From NCBI GenBank assembly GCA_949432885.1, contig CASQXY010000008.1, positions 663 to 64,662 of the forward strand: 64,000 bases of DNA. Reading direction: 5' to 3'. The stretch is from an uncultured bacterium (lineage in GTDB: Bacteria; Bacillota; Clostridia; Christensenellales; CAG-917). Below are positions 38,207 through 48,184 of this stretch, in pieces. The translations under genes were made by a program, and so were the position numbers. The notes below the pieces were generated by a model. The model was not told the DNA's origin and searched no databases. It saw only the letters and a program-made list of their open reading frames with translations. Numbering within the stretch: position 1 is the first letter of the stretch; the number at the start of each line of letters is the position of its first letter.

Positions 38207-38779
38207 TCAACGCGCGAACGTAAGCGAGCTGTCCGTCATACTTTCGATGACTGCGAGGCTGTCAATGCGCACACCCTCCGCTCGCAGCTCTCTGCCTCCA
38301 GACTGGAAGCCCTTTTCTATGGCGATCGCGCAGCCCACAAGCGTAGCTCCCGCTTGCGAGATAATGTCTCTGAGCCCGCGTATAGCCGCGCCGTTTGCGA
38401 GGAAATCGTCGACAATCAAAACCCTGTCGTCCGCCGAAAGATATTGCTTCTCCACGATTACGGTCGCAATATTATTGTGGGTGAAAGACGCGACCTGCGC
38501 GCTGTATACGTCATCCGAAACATTGGACGTTTTGCTTTTTTTAGCAAAAAGCACCGGAGCGTGCATATAGTGCGCGGCTGCGCATGCTATTGCGATTCCC
38601 GATGCTTCGATAGTAAGTAGCTTTGTGACCTTTTCCCTGCAAAAGCGCGCGGAAATTTCCCTGCCGATTTCATCCATCAATTTTTCATCGATGAGATGAT
38701 TCAGAAATCCGCCGACTTTGAGGACGTTGCCGGGATACACCCTGCCGTCTCTCAAAATACGCTCCTCCAAAAGTTGCAT
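38207..38779 (-). CDS. xpt: Xanthine phosphoribosyltransferase
   Basis: MQLLEERILRDG...VLKVGGFLNH N-terminus and PRPP motif VLIVDDFLANG. Start at ATG 38779 (RBS GAAGAGGTG). Confidence 0.9.
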   Translation of the reverse strand: MQLLEERILRDGRVYPGNVLKVGGFLNHLIDEKLMDEIGREISARFCREKVTKLLTIEASGIAIACAAAHYMHAPVLFAKKSKTSNVSDDVYSAQVASFTHNNIATVIVEKQYLSADDRVLIVDDFLANGAAIRGLRDIISQAGATLVGCAIAIEKGFQSGGRELRAEGVRIDSLAVIESMTDSSLTFAR

Positions 38780-38865
38780 ATGCACCTCTTCATCCGCGAA
38801 TGCGTGCGGTTTATGCGATAGTCGCATATGTGCGGTTGCATTGATTGCTCTAAAAAGATAAGCGA

Positions 38866-38895
38866 ATTATAAGCTATCGCAAAATGCCGTGTCAA
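38866..38895 (-). promoter_or_regulatory. Sigma-A-type promoter upstream of xpt
   Basis: On the minus strand: TTGACA, 18-nt spacer, TATAAT. Confidence 0.55.
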
Positions 38896-39182
38896 ACGAA
38901 ATAGGGAACATAAGAGGATTTTTTTTGACAAATTTCGCGCAAAAACACGAAAGGTATAATACAGCTTGGTTAACGCTTGCGCGCGACCTGCTTGCAGGGT
39001 GCAAATCGGCGTCCGCACCTCGCCCCACAACCGCCTGTTTTTGCGTGTCTAATTTTGTAAATTGCGCAAACGCTCTCGCAATATTTTTGTATTTTATATA
39101 GCTATATATACCTAAGATTTATAAATTAATTGATAGACGTCAGGCGCAAATCTCCCAATCTTATAATTTCCCGAACATCTAT

Positions 39183-39208
39183 AAAAAAGCGGCGGAAATT
39201 CCGCCGCT
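39183..39208 (-). terminator. Rho-independent terminator
   Basis: On the minus strand, AGCGGCGG-AATTT-CCGCCGCT is followed by T6. Confidence 0.75.
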
Positions 39209-39235
39209 CATAGTCCAATCAAAGACATTTCCTTA

Positions 39236-40363
39236 TTACGCCAAATAAGCCTTGCACGCCTCTTCCAGCTTTTCGCAAACGGAAAGAGCCTCCTCTTCGT
39301 CCTTACCGCGGACAATGACGCCGTGTTGGGCTATTATGCATGCGGGAGCGTCTCCCATAACCTCGCTCACCTTCTTACCCGTGCCCTTAAAGCAGGTCGA
39401 AACGGACGGCGCGCAGGGAATTTCCTCTCCCAAGACGTCGTTATATTCCTCGGGTACGGCAAAGGATTTACCGATAGCGCAAATCACGCCGCAATAATAC
39501 GGATGAGCCAAAATTGCCGTTCCGTCGCCCTCCAAGTCAAATTTGACGTAAGACATTTTTTCTTCGCAACCCGCCGAGCTCTCACCGTCGGCGTCTCCTT
39601 GCGGCTGAGCGTCATTGCTGTCGGCAGGGGACTGAGCGCTCTCCGATGCGGAAGCTTCCTCTTCGCTCGGATTTGCGCTTTCATTCGTTTCGGCTTTTTC
39701 CGCTTCCGAGCTAGTCACGTTCAAATCGGCGGTGTTCTGCGTTTGTACGTTTTTGGAAGATTTTATTCTGTAAACGAGGTGTTCCAGCAAGGCTGAAAAC
39801 GGGTTAAGACTTTGTGTGCAAGCGCCCTTGCTTTCCGCCGTAATATCGGCGTAAGCCGCCTTGTCCAAAACTGCGGTGGCTTGAAGCAGTTCATCGAGAC
39901 TGCGCGCTCTCACCAGCGCGCCCGCGTCGGGCATAAAGCACGCTTCGCGTTGACCCGACAGAGACGTAACGATTTCCGCCGCCACGTTTTTCGACGCGCA
40001 TTTTACGGAAACTCCGCATAATTGCGCCAAATCGTCGAGTATAGGTCTCAACGTTCTGCGCTTGGAAGAAAACTTCAAAATGCTGTCGCTGTCTACGATA
40101 GCCGCGGCTTCCGCGGTCTTATTCTGACGTATCGCGCAGAAGAGTATGACCGCCGCCGCGCGGAAATTGCCCTCAAACGAATCGATATTTTTATCGTTGA
40201 CAAATACGAGGTCGTCCTCTTTTAGCTCCGCGAGATTTGAGCCCGTAGAATTTATAAGAATGCCGTCGCCCTCGCGCACGGCGATATATCCGCTTTCGAT
40301 AAACTTCCTCTCATAAAACCGCTTGGCGGATTTAATAATAGCTGATTTGTCGCTCATATTCAA
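39236..40363 (-). CDS. Class II aldolase/adducin-like domain protein interrupted by an acidic low-complexity linker
   Basis: The ORF is clear. The N-terminal part (GYIAVREGDGILINSTGS...DLVFV) and C-terminal part (IIAQHGVIVRGKDEEEAL) resemble the two ends of the aldolase-II fold. The family assignment is tentative. Confidence 0.5.
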   Translation of the reverse strand: MNMSDKSAIIKSAKRFYERKFIESGYIAVREGDGILINSTGSNLAELKEDDLVFVNDKNIDSFEGNFRAAAVILFCAIRQNKTAEAAAIVDSDSILKFSSKRRTLRPILDDLAQLCGVSVKCASKNVAAEIVTSLSGQREACFMPDAGALVRARSLDELLQATAVLDKAAYADITAESKGACTQSLNPFSALLEHLVYRIKSSKNVQTQNTADLNVTSSEAEKAETNESANPSEEEASASESAQSPADSNDAQPQGDADGESSAGCEEKMSYVKFDLEGDGTAILAHPYYCGVICAIGKSFAVPEEYNDVLGEEIPCAPSVSTCFKGTGKKVSEVMGDAPACIIAQHGVIVRGKDEEEALSVCEKLEEACKAYLA

Positions 40364-40509
40364 CTCCTATAACAGTGCTGTGCACCTTGAAATTTCGGTG
40401 GTTCGTAAAACGTTTCTGTTTTGCGGGTACAATTTTCAATTCCCATAAAGCGTCTCCGTTTTATGGGGTTAATTATTGCCTACTTGATATAATATCAAAC
40501 TATTCAGAT

Positions 40510-40540
40510 AAATAAAAGCACTTTTCCGAATATCGGAAAA
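40510..40540 (-). terminator. Probable terminator after lysC
   Basis: TTTTCCGA-ATA-TCGGAAAA palindrome (40522-40540). On the minus strand it is followed by U-rich sequence. Confidence 0.5.
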
Positions 40541-40561
40541 ATATTCTGAGCAAATAAGGTC

Positions 40562-41887
40562 TCAATCCTCGGCTTTTTCGTCGCAGAAGGCGTGATATAT
40601 TGCGTTTATCGCCTTTTCGTAATCCTCCGCTCCGACGCCTACGATAATATTGAGCTCGGACGAGCCTTGGTCTATCATTCGGATATTAATATTATTTTCC
40701 GCAAGCGCGCCGAACAGTGTAGCCGCAGTGCCGTGCCTAGACGCCATATTGTGTCCAACAGTTGCGATAAGGGCAAGTCCGCTGTGGATATCGATGACGT
40801 CGCCGTTCACGCTATCCTGCAACTTCCCGAGTATTTTCTGCATTTTGCCGTTGAGAAACTCGTCCCTTATGACCACCGACAGCGTGTCTATCCCCGACGG
40901 CACGTGCTCGAAGGAAATCCCCTCTTCCTCCAAGACCGCAAGCACCTTGCGTCCGAAGCCTATTTCGCTGTTCATCATATCTTTTTCTATATTGATAATG
41001 GTGAAGCCCTTTTTGCCTGCGACGCCTGTTATAATCCTATGCTTTTTAGGTAGGTTTTTATCGGCGACGATGAGAGTTCCCGAATGCTCGGGATTAAATG
41101 TATTCTTAATATTTATAGGGATGCCCGCGCTTCTTACGGGGAACACGGATTCGGGGTGCAGAACCTCCGCGCCCATATATGACAGCTCTCGAAGCTCCTT
41201 GTATCCGAGGCAGTCTATCGTCTGCGGATTTTCCACGATACGGGGGTCCGCCGCCAAAAATCCGTCCACGTCCGTCCAGTTCTCGTACACGTCGGCGTCT
41301 ACCGCGGTGGCGATAATAGCGCCCGTAATATCCGAGCCGCCTCGCGTAAACGTCCTGATATCGCCGTAAATATCCGAGCCGTAAAATCCAGGAAAAACCG
41401 CCTTGTCCACTCCGCTTAGGCGGTCTTTAATATTTTCTATCGACTCTTCGAGGAGCAAATTCCCCTCGCCGTCAAAGATTATGAGTCCCTCCGCGTCGAT
41501 AAACTCGACCCCGAGCATAGCGGCGAGAATCCTTGCGCTCATATACTCTCCGCGCGACGCGGCATATTCCCTTGTGGCGTATTTTTTTATGCCGTTTTTC
41601 ACTTCGTCCAGCATTTGCTTCACGTCGAAATCGGGCGCGCAATGTGCGGCTATTTCTTCAAAACGCTGTTCTATGCCCTCAAAAGCGTTATCACAACTGC
41701 CTGTTTGCGTAAATTCGTTATAACAAGCGTAAAGAGCGTCCGTAATTTTGACGTCCTTGACGTCGCGCTTGCCGGGGGCGGAAACTACGATATATCTGCG
41801 CTCCCTGTCGCCGCCTATGACGTCTGAAACCTTATCGAACGTAGCGCCGCTCGCCATTGATGTTCCGCCGAATTTACATACCTTCAT
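40562..41887 (-). CDS. lysC: Aspartate kinase
   Basis: VCKFGGTSMAS, amino-acid kinase fold and C-terminal ACT domains. 441 aa. Confidence 0.95.
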   Translation of the reverse strand: MKVCKFGGTSMASGATFDKVSDVIGGDRERRYIVVSAPGKRDVKDVKITDALYACYNEFTQTGSCDNAFEGIEQRFEEIAAHCAPDFDVKQMLDEVKNGIKKYATREYAASRGEYMSARILAAMLGVEFIDAEGLIIFDGEGNLLLEESIENIKDRLSGVDKAVFPGFYGSDIYGDIRTFTRGGSDITGAIIATAVDADVYENWTDVDGFLAADPRIVENPQTIDCLGYKELRELSYMGAEVLHPESVFPVRSAGIPINIKNTFNPEHSGTLIVADKNLPKKHRIITGVAGKKGFTIINIEKDMMNSEIGFGRKVLAVLEEEGISFEHVPSGIDTLSVVIRDEFLNGKMQKILGKLQDSVNGDVIDIHSGLALIATVGHNMASRHGTAATLFGALAENNINIRMIDQGSSELNIIVGVGAEDYEKAINAIYHAFCDEKAED

Positions 41888-41959
41888 TATTATATACTCC
41901 GATGACCTGCTTCTGTATTGTATTACCGTCGGCAGACTTTCGCCACTTACCGAAAGACG

Positions 41960-43174
41960 TCAGATACGTTTCGCCTCCACGTAATATCTCTTCTCCTGCG
42001 CCTCGCCCATAGAGAACGTCTTCTTGCAAAGCGCCCCGTGCGTTTCGACGTAAGAGAACAGCTCCTGCTTCCTCATGGACGGCATAACGAGCGCCGCGCC
42101 CTTTTCGCGGGAAGCGACGGACATCAAGTTATCCTCTCCGTGTATATAGTCCACAGAGCATTCGGGATGCAACGAGACGTATTCCTCAATAGCCTTCTGC
42201 ACCGAGCTTATGCTTTCAGCGCTGTTTTCGGGCACATCGATTTCCGTCCTCAATCCGTTTGTGTAAACGCTCATGCGCGCGCCTCCCCCGAGCCTTGATT
42301 TGAGGTACTCCTCAAAAGCTCCGTCCGCGCCGAACACAAAGCGATGAATGGGCTCGAAAATAATCCCGTCGTCATACAGGTTTTCCACCTCGCAGAGCGC
42401 ATATCTCGCCGGATGAGTTTGCCTTTCCTCTTCGGAAAGCGTATCTCTTATCTCCTCCCAGTACGCCTTTGCCGAGGCGAGCGAATGGTTGCCGTCGCCG
42501 ACCGCGACGAAGAAATCCTTCCCCTCCTCGCGCTTACGGGAAATGTATCCGCAAAGCAGTCCGTCGATTTCATCCGCGCCGACTTTATAACCGGTGATAT
42601 GACCGCCCTGCATATTCAGGTCGAAATCATACAGTATCTCTCTATCTTGCGCGGCAAGCGTTTCGATAACCGCCTTTTTCTCGTCGTCTATGAGCAGAAT
42701 AACGTGCGGCAGTTCGAGAGGCGCCCCCCTGCGAATGCGCACGCGGGGCGGGATTCTGCTCGCCACGACGTCCTCGGTCGAGCGCACGGCGGAATCGGAC
42801 GGATGTGTGAAACGATACTGCTCCAAATCCACGCCCATAACCAATCCCAGTCTTTCATGCCCGAAAATCGTTGTGCGTCTTACAAGCACGCAGCAGTTTT
42901 CATGTTCTTCAAATATGCCGCCGTTCAGATAATCTTTCATAGCGCGATGGATATCCGAAATACGTTTATCCCCGTCGCTTTCGCCGAGATACACTTCGGG
43001 ATAAATCAATCTGAGGGTGCTTGGGGCTTCTCCGACGTACCCGTCAAGTCTCTGCCAATAGTCGGGCTGCGAAGTGAATTGGTCGCATGCGACAACCGCC
43101 CATTTGGAAAAATCGGCGTTGCGCGGAATAAGAATGTTTACAGGACAAATAGGCTTCATAGAATTAATTTTCAT
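41960..43174 (-). CDS. DUF1015 domain protein
   Basis: 404 aa. The N-terminus (ILIPRNADFSKWAVVACDQFTSQPDYW) is recalled as the DUF1015 signature. The ATGA start overlaps the cdaA stop. Confidence 0.8.
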   Translation of the reverse strand: MKINSMKPICPVNILIPRNADFSKWAVVACDQFTSQPDYWQRLDGYVGEAPSTLRLIYPEVYLGESDGDKRISDIHRAMKDYLNGGIFEEHENCCVLVRRTTIFGHERLGLVMGVDLEQYRFTHPSDSAVRSTEDVVASRIPPRVRIRRGAPLELPHVILLIDDEKKAVIETLAAQDREILYDFDLNMQGGHITGYKVGADEIDGLLCGYISRKREEGKDFFVAVGDGNHSLASAKAYWEEIRDTLSEEERQTHPARYALCEVENLYDDGIIFEPIHRFVFGADGAFEEYLKSRLGGGARMSVYTNGLRTEIDVPENSAESISSVQKAIEEYVSLHPECSVDYIHGEDNLMSVASREKGAALVMPSMRKQELFSYVETHGALCKKTFSMGEAQEKRYYVEAKRI

Positions 43175-44028
43175 AGGAATCTGTGATTTTTAAGCTTTCT
43201 CTTCGCTTTACCTTCTCTCGAAGCGATTACGCTCGGCGAAATGCCGTATGCGATTTCTATTTCGTCGTTCAGTTTATCCATGGTCATATAACGCTTGATT
43301 TCGCCGTGCTTCACAACGGATATGATACCCGTCTCCTCGCTGACTACAATCGAAAGCACGTCCGTCTCCTCCGTAACGCCGATAGCCGCGCGGTGACGCG
43401 TGCCCATCTCCTTGTTGACGTTGCGCTGTGTGAGCGTGAGGAAACAGCCAGCCGCGACTATTCTGTTGCCTCTTACCACAACCGCTCCGTCATGAAGAGG
43501 ACCTTTCGTATTGAAGATGCTTTCCAACAACTGAGCGGAGAGCACCGCGTCCAGTCTTGTTCCAGTATCCAGTATGCTTTCATTGATGTCCCCCACCGAA
43601 TCGAGAATAATAATCGCGCCGACGTCCTTTTTCGCCATGTCCTGACACGCGGTCAGAATTTCCATAGTAGCGGCGCGCAATTCGTCGTCCGTACTGCGAA
43701 GCTCGACGTTCTTTCTTGCGCCCGACGCCTTTTGGAATATATTTTTCAAATCGTTCTGATAGACCACGCACCCCACTACGATATCGAAAATCACGATATA
43801 GTGCGTTATGTATCTGGCGACTTCGAGCACGTTGCCTCCGAGTATGTCGGACAGCACGTTTACGCACACTTCCAGCACTGCGCCTATAAGCAGAACAAAA
43901 AGCATCTTGACGTTGCGTTTGTAAATGAAAAATACCGCCAAAACCGCGAGCACTGCAAGCAAAATCACCGCGTCAATCAAAGCATACACGCTGAGATGTC
44001 TGAAATATTCAACGAAATTGTAAGGCAT
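43171..44028 (-). CDS. cdaA: Diadenylate cyclase CdaA (three N-terminal TM segments plus a DAC domain)
   Basis: DAC motifs GPLHDGAVVV and GTRHRAAIGVTEETD. Confidence 0.93.
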   Translation of the reverse strand: MPYNFVEYFRHLSVYALIDAVILLAVLAVLAVFFIYKRNVKMLFVLLIGAVLEVCVNVLSDILGGNVLEVARYITHYIVIFDIVVGCVVYQNDLKNIFQKASGARKNVELRSTDDELRAATMEILTACQDMAKKDVGAIIILDSVGDINESILDTGTRLDAVLSAQLLESIFNTKGPLHDGAVVVRGNRIVAAGCFLTLTQRNVNKEMGTRHRAAIGVTEETDVLSIVVSEETGIISVVKHGEIKRYMTMDKLNDEIEIAYGISPSVIASREGKAKRKLKNHRFL

Positions 44029-44048
44029 ATCTCCCTCCGTAAATTATT

Positions 44049-44927
44049 TCATATGTCAAATTCGTCAAAGACGTTGTCTTTTCCGTCATTTTCCTGTTTA
44101 TCCGGGTCATAACCGCCGAAAACCGCGTCCGCGTCCGAGCGGAGATTGTATCCGCGGTTATAGTTGTTATCGTAATATTCGCCTCTCGTATCGGGGTCGC
44201 GGAAATGCTTCGCCTGTTTATCGAGCCGCGCTCCGAGGACAATCGCAAAAACAAGAAATACAAAGTAAACGCACATAGCGGTTATACTCGCGGCAATCTG
44301 AACTTTCGTAAATCCCACCTGTACGGTATATCCCATCTGATACAATACGTGCAGAAGCTCCGCGCTTGCGGGACTGCCGTCAGAAAGCAGAAGCACAAGC
44401 CCGTTCTGCCCCACCGCCGCAAGACCTGCAACGACCATATAAATGGTTGCCCACAGCTTATAAGCGTTATATTTTTCGACGGGATTGAAGCGATAGTATC
44501 TCACGATAAACACAAAGAACATAATCAGCAGCGCCGCCGTCAGCGCCGCCATATCCAACACGCTGTTTGCAAATACGTTCACGTTCGGTTCCAGCACGGA
44601 AAATATATCGATAATTCCGACGAGGAATCTGGACGCCGCGGTGAAGCCCATAACGATACAGCAAAAATCCTTGCGGGAGATACAGCGCACGTACCTCATC
44701 GCGCCCACTCTCCACACAATCCAAGCGAACAGGAACGTGACGAGCGCGGGAATGGCTCCCTCGAAAAACACTATGGATATGAGCGCGGTCACTATTCTCA
44801 GCGCGCTTATTTCCGTTATGCCCGCGCAATAAACATAAATGCCGTACGCGTTGCGCACAAAGCAAGCGACGATAAGCGCCGCCCACACTGCCGCATAATA
44901 TTTTCTGTCTATTTTATCGCCTGCCAC
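44049..44927 (-). CDS. Hypothetical polytopic membrane protein with a D/N/Y-rich C-terminal tail
   Basis: About 7 TM segments. GTG start at 44927 with RBS GGAGGT 8 nt upstream. Confidence 0.65.
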   Translation of the reverse strand: MAGDKIDRKYYAAVWAALIVACFVRNAYGIYVYCAGITEISALRIVTALISIVFFEGAIPALVTFLFAWIVWRVGAMRYVRCISRKDFCCIVMGFTAASRFLVGIIDIFSVLEPNVNVFANSVLDMAALTAALLIMFFVFIVRYYRFNPVEKYNAYKLWATIYMVVAGLAAVGQNGLVLLLSDGSPASAELLHVLYQMGYTVQVGFTKVQIAASITAMCVYFVFLVFAIVLGARLDKQAKHFRDPDTRGEYYDNNYNRGYNLRSDADAVFGGYDPDKQENDGKDNVFDEFDI

Positions 44928-44980
44928 TTGCGATTACCTCCGATAAACATATGTATGCTCTCATACGCCGCACCCTGAAC

Positions 44981-45955
44981 TCAAAAGGTCAGAAGTTCCA
45001 GCACCGCCTCGCCGAGCGCGCTGTTCTCCGTACGTCTGCCGCTGAGCACGTCGAATTGTAAGCCGTGAAGATAATCCACGCACTTTTTCAGTTTCATTTG
45101 GGAATATCCGCCTGATACCTGTCTCAGATGATAAACCGCGCCGCCCTTGATACCCAAAAGACTCCCGAGCGCGTCGTTGCTCAAACCCTTGTTCAGCTCC
45201 GCGTGCAGCATTTTGCGGTATTTATCGTAGAGCTGATTTATAATGCGCATCGAGCGTATCCCGTTTTTGTAAAAAGCGTCGAGCACTGCAAGCGCCGTAT
45301 CCGCGTCCTTTTTGCTCACGGCGTCCGCAAGCGCGTATATCTGAAAGTCTATATCCGCAGCGACAGTATCCGCCACGTCGCGGCAGGTCACTCTGCCGTC
45401 GCAGTAATCTTTAAGTTTGACAATCTCGCCCGATATGCGCGACATAAATCCCTGCGTACGCCTGATAAGCTCGTCCGCGGCGTCTCGGTCGATTGTATGC
45501 GTCGGCGCAAACAGCTTGGGAATCAATACCCGCAGGTCGGCGTCGGGGAGTTTGGCGCAGTCCACTCTTTCATAGCCCTTGCCTTTGAGCGTCGCGGCGA
45601 CCTCGGGGTCGCAATCCAGCACAAAAACCGACGTTTCGCTCGGAGAGGCGATATATGCTTTGAGTACTTCTTTATCAGCTTCCGAAAGTTTCTGCGACAA
45701 GCCGAGAACCACCGCTCTGTAATTCCCGAACACGGGATAGGTATAGAGCGCGTCCACCGCCGCCGCAATGCCGTCGTCGGAGGAAAATTTGGACAGATTC
45801 AAATCCGCAAAATCCTCGTCGACAACGCTTGCCAGCGCTGCAACAGCCTTCGCACGCAGACAGTCGTCGTCGCCGCAAACGACATAAGCGGGAGCAAAAT
45901 TTTCCTTGCCCGCAAGCACGTCGCTTATATGCTGTTCGAGTTCGACATATTTCAA
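44981..45955 (-). CDS. holA: DNA polymerase III delta subunit
   Basis: 324 aa. The N-terminal pattern (FAPAYVVCGDD..L) and overall HolA-like length and helical C-terminus fit. Confidence 0.85.
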   Translation of the reverse strand: MKYVELEQHISDVLAGKENFAPAYVVCGDDDCLRAKAVAALASVVDEDFADLNLSKFSSDDGIAAAVDALYTYPVFGNYRAVVLGLSQKLSEADKEVLKAYIASPSETSVFVLDCDPEVAATLKGKGYERVDCAKLPDADLRVLIPKLFAPTHTIDRDAADELIRRTQGFMSRISGEIVKLKDYCDGRVTCRDVADTVAADIDFQIYALADAVSKKDADTALAVLDAFYKNGIRSMRIINQLYDKYRKMLHAELNKGLSNDALGSLLGIKGGAVYHLRQVSGGYSQMKLKKCVDYLHGLQFDVLSGRRTENSALGEAVLELLTF

Positions 45956-46024
45956 AACCCACGCTCCGTCATCTTTTTAAGTATATATTATTATAGCATT
46001 AAATATTAAATTGTAAATAATTTG

Positions 46025-46055
46025 AAAAAATTTGCGCGCTGCGGCGCAAATTTTT
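46025..46055 (-). terminator. Rho-independent (bidirectional) terminator after the amino-acid ABC operon
   Basis: ATTTGCGC-GCTGCG-GCGCAAAT is flanked by A6 and T5. Confidence 0.7.
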
Positions 46056-46079
46056 AATAATTATCCCGACATCTTAAAA

Positions 46080-47435
46080 TCAAAGCACCTTTTTCAAAAA
46101 CTCTTTGAGTCGGGGATGCTTAGGGCTGTCGAAAAACTCGTCGGGGGTTCCCTGTTCGAGTATTTTCCCCTGCGCCATAAACAAAATCCTCGTCCCGACC
46201 TCTCTTGCAAACGCCATTTCGTGAGTGACAATGACCATCGTCATTCCCTCGTTTGCAACCTGTTTTATGAGGTCGAGCACCTCACCTACCATTTCGGGGT
46301 CGAGTGCGGACGTAGGCTCGTCGAAAAGCATGACCTTGGGATTCATTGCGAGCGCGCGCACAATAGCCACCCTTTGCTTTTGTCCTCCGCTGAGGTTGGA
46401 CGGATACACGTCCGCCTTATCGCTAAGACCTATTCTTGCCAGCAGTCTGTCCGCAAGCGCCGAGACCTCCTGTTTTATCCGTTTCGCCGAAGTTTCCACG
46501 GGCAGTTTTTCGAGCGTGCTCATAGGCGCGGCATGGTCTATCTTGCGCTCCGTTTTTTCTAATCTATCGGTCAGTCTAAGCTTTTTCGCGGTGAGCTTTT
46601 TGTCGTAAACGGCAAATGATTTGCCCGCGACTTCCTTTATACCTTTTGTGCTCTCCCACTCCAAAAGCAGGGGTTCAAGCTCCGATTTGAGCTTATCAAC
46701 CTTGTTTTTGTACAATTTAACCTTTTTTTCAAGCGCCCTATTGTGCGACTCTCCGAAAAATTTGTATATGAAATTATTCAATGGAACAAGCGCGTTTCGC
46801 CTTTTGAGCTTGCGCAGATTGGATATGCCGATATGGACGGGCGCAAGCATAATGTTCTTTTTGACCGTCATATTGTCAAACAGGTTGAAATGCTGAAACA
46901 CCATGCCCATCTTCTGGCGCTGTTCGTTGATATTTACCTTGAAATCCGCAATATCCACGCCATCGAAAAATATGTTTCCTGCGGTGGGGTCTTCCAGACA
47001 GTTCAAGCAATGCAAAAACGTCGATTTGCCGCTGCCCGACGGACCTATTACAACGACCTTTTCACCCTCGTATATGGTTTCGGAAATATCGTCAAGCACC
47101 AGCAAATCGCCGAATTTCTTTGTCATATTCCGAATGCGTATGAGCTCTGTTCCGCAAGCTCCGCACGACTCCTCCGCATTTTCGGAGACGGCCGTTCGGA
47201 AAGAAAAATCCGTATCTTCGTCGGCATACGTTTCTCCGCAAGATTCACATTCGGAAACGTTCGTATCCGCTTTATCCGATTTCTTCGCAGAAGCGGCGCT
47301 GTCGCTTGGCGATTCCTCGTCGCAATCCGCAACACCCGCCTGCAAATCGCAAAGCTCCCCGTCCTTCGCAACAGAGGTCTGCTCCGTCAGATTGAAATCG
47401 GCAAATTCCTCCTGTCCGTTTGTGACTTTTCGCAT
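46080..47435 (-). CDS. Polar amino-acid ABC transporter ATP-binding protein with an N-terminal CxxC...CxxC extension and an internal coiled-coil insertion of about 120 aa
   Basis: [26 protein letters not shown] and [11 protein letters not shown] motifs. Start at ATG 47435 (RBS AAGGAGGGGG). Confidence 0.9.
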   Translation of the reverse strand: MRKVTNGQEEFADFNLTEQTSVAKDGELCDLQAGVADCDEESPSDSAASAKKSDKADTNVSECESCGETYADEDTDFSFRTAVSENAEESCGACGTELIRIRNMTKKFGDLLVLDDISETIYEGEKVVVIGPSGSGKSTFLHCLNCLEDPTAGNIFFDGVDIADFKVNINEQRQKMGMVFQHFNLFDNMTVKKNIMLAPVHIGISNLRKLKRRNALVPLNNFIYKFFGESHNRALEKKVKLYKNKVDKLKSELEPLLLEWESTKGIKEVAGKSFAVYDKKLTAKKLRLTDRLEKTERKIDHAAPMSTLEKLPVETSAKRIKQEVSALADRLLARIGLSDKADVYPSNLSGGQKQRVAIVRALAMNPKVMLFDEPTSALDPEMVGEVLDLIKQVANEGMTMVIVTHEMAFAREVGTRILFMAQGKILEQGTPDEFFDSPKHPRLKEFLKKVL

Positions 47436-47445
47436 ATCCCCCTCC

Positions 47446-48171
47446 TTACGCATGCTTAAACCTCTTTTCAAGAAGCTTTACGAGCAGTGTGATTAGTATC
47501 ACTATAACCAAATAGAACGCGGCGAGCACGAGATAAGGCACGACGTATTCCAGCGTGCTGTTTGCCATTGCCTGAAACGCCCTTGTCAAATCCACTACAG
47601 TGATAAAACCAGCCACCGAGGTTTCCTTAATCAAAGTGATAAACTCGTTCCCCAAAGTGGGAAGAACGTTTTTAAACGCCTGCGGCAAAACTATGCTGAC
47701 CATAGTACGCGAATAGCTGAGCCCGAGCGCCCGCCCCGCCTTGAACTGTCCCTTGTCGACCGCCGAAATACCCGCTCGCATGATTTCGCTTATATACGCG
47801 CCGCTGTTGAGAGCGAAAGCGATGACCGCCTCCACGACTACTCCGTTTATGACGAAATCGTTTGATACGACTATATTTCTGAAATTCACACCCATAAGAG
47901 GGAAAAGTACAAAGTGGATAATGAGCAGCTGCACCACCATCGGAGTTCCGCGAAAAACAGTCACATACAAATCGCCTATTTTCTGCAAAACGTAAACGAG
48001 CGGCTTTTTTGTCGTAGGCATGGTTTTTACAACCGCGACGAGGCTTCCTATAACAAATCCGATAAGCAAACCGAACACCGCAATTATTACGGTGTTCAGC
48101 AAGCCCGAAAGTACCAGCTTGTAGCCTTGCAGTTCAACGAACTGCCTTACGAATATATCCCAAGCCGACAT
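47446..48171 (-). CDS. Polar amino-acid ABC transporter permease (HisM/GlnP family)
   Basis: 241 aa. The EAA-like loop ([33 protein letters not shown]) is present. Confidence 0.92.
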   Translation of the reverse strand: MSAWDIFVRQFVELQGYKLVLSGLLNTVIIAVFGLLIGFVIGSLVAVVKTMPTTKKPLVYVLQKIGDLYVTVFRGTPMVVQLLIIHFVLFPLMGVNFRNIVVSNDFVINGVVVEAVIAFALNSGAYISEIMRAGISAVDKGQFKAGRALGLSYSRTMVSIVLPQAFKNVLPTLGNEFITLIKETSVAGFITVVDLTRAFQAMANSTLEYVVPYLVLAAFYLVIVILITLLVKLLEKRFKHA

Positions 48172-48184
48172 TGTCCCTCACATA

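Noticed and set aside
38780-38960. A guanine/xanthine riboswitch expected upstream of xpt.
   Set aside because: I read the minus-strand leader base by base. A promoter and RBS are present, but the three-way junction core sequences of the purine riboswitch are not.
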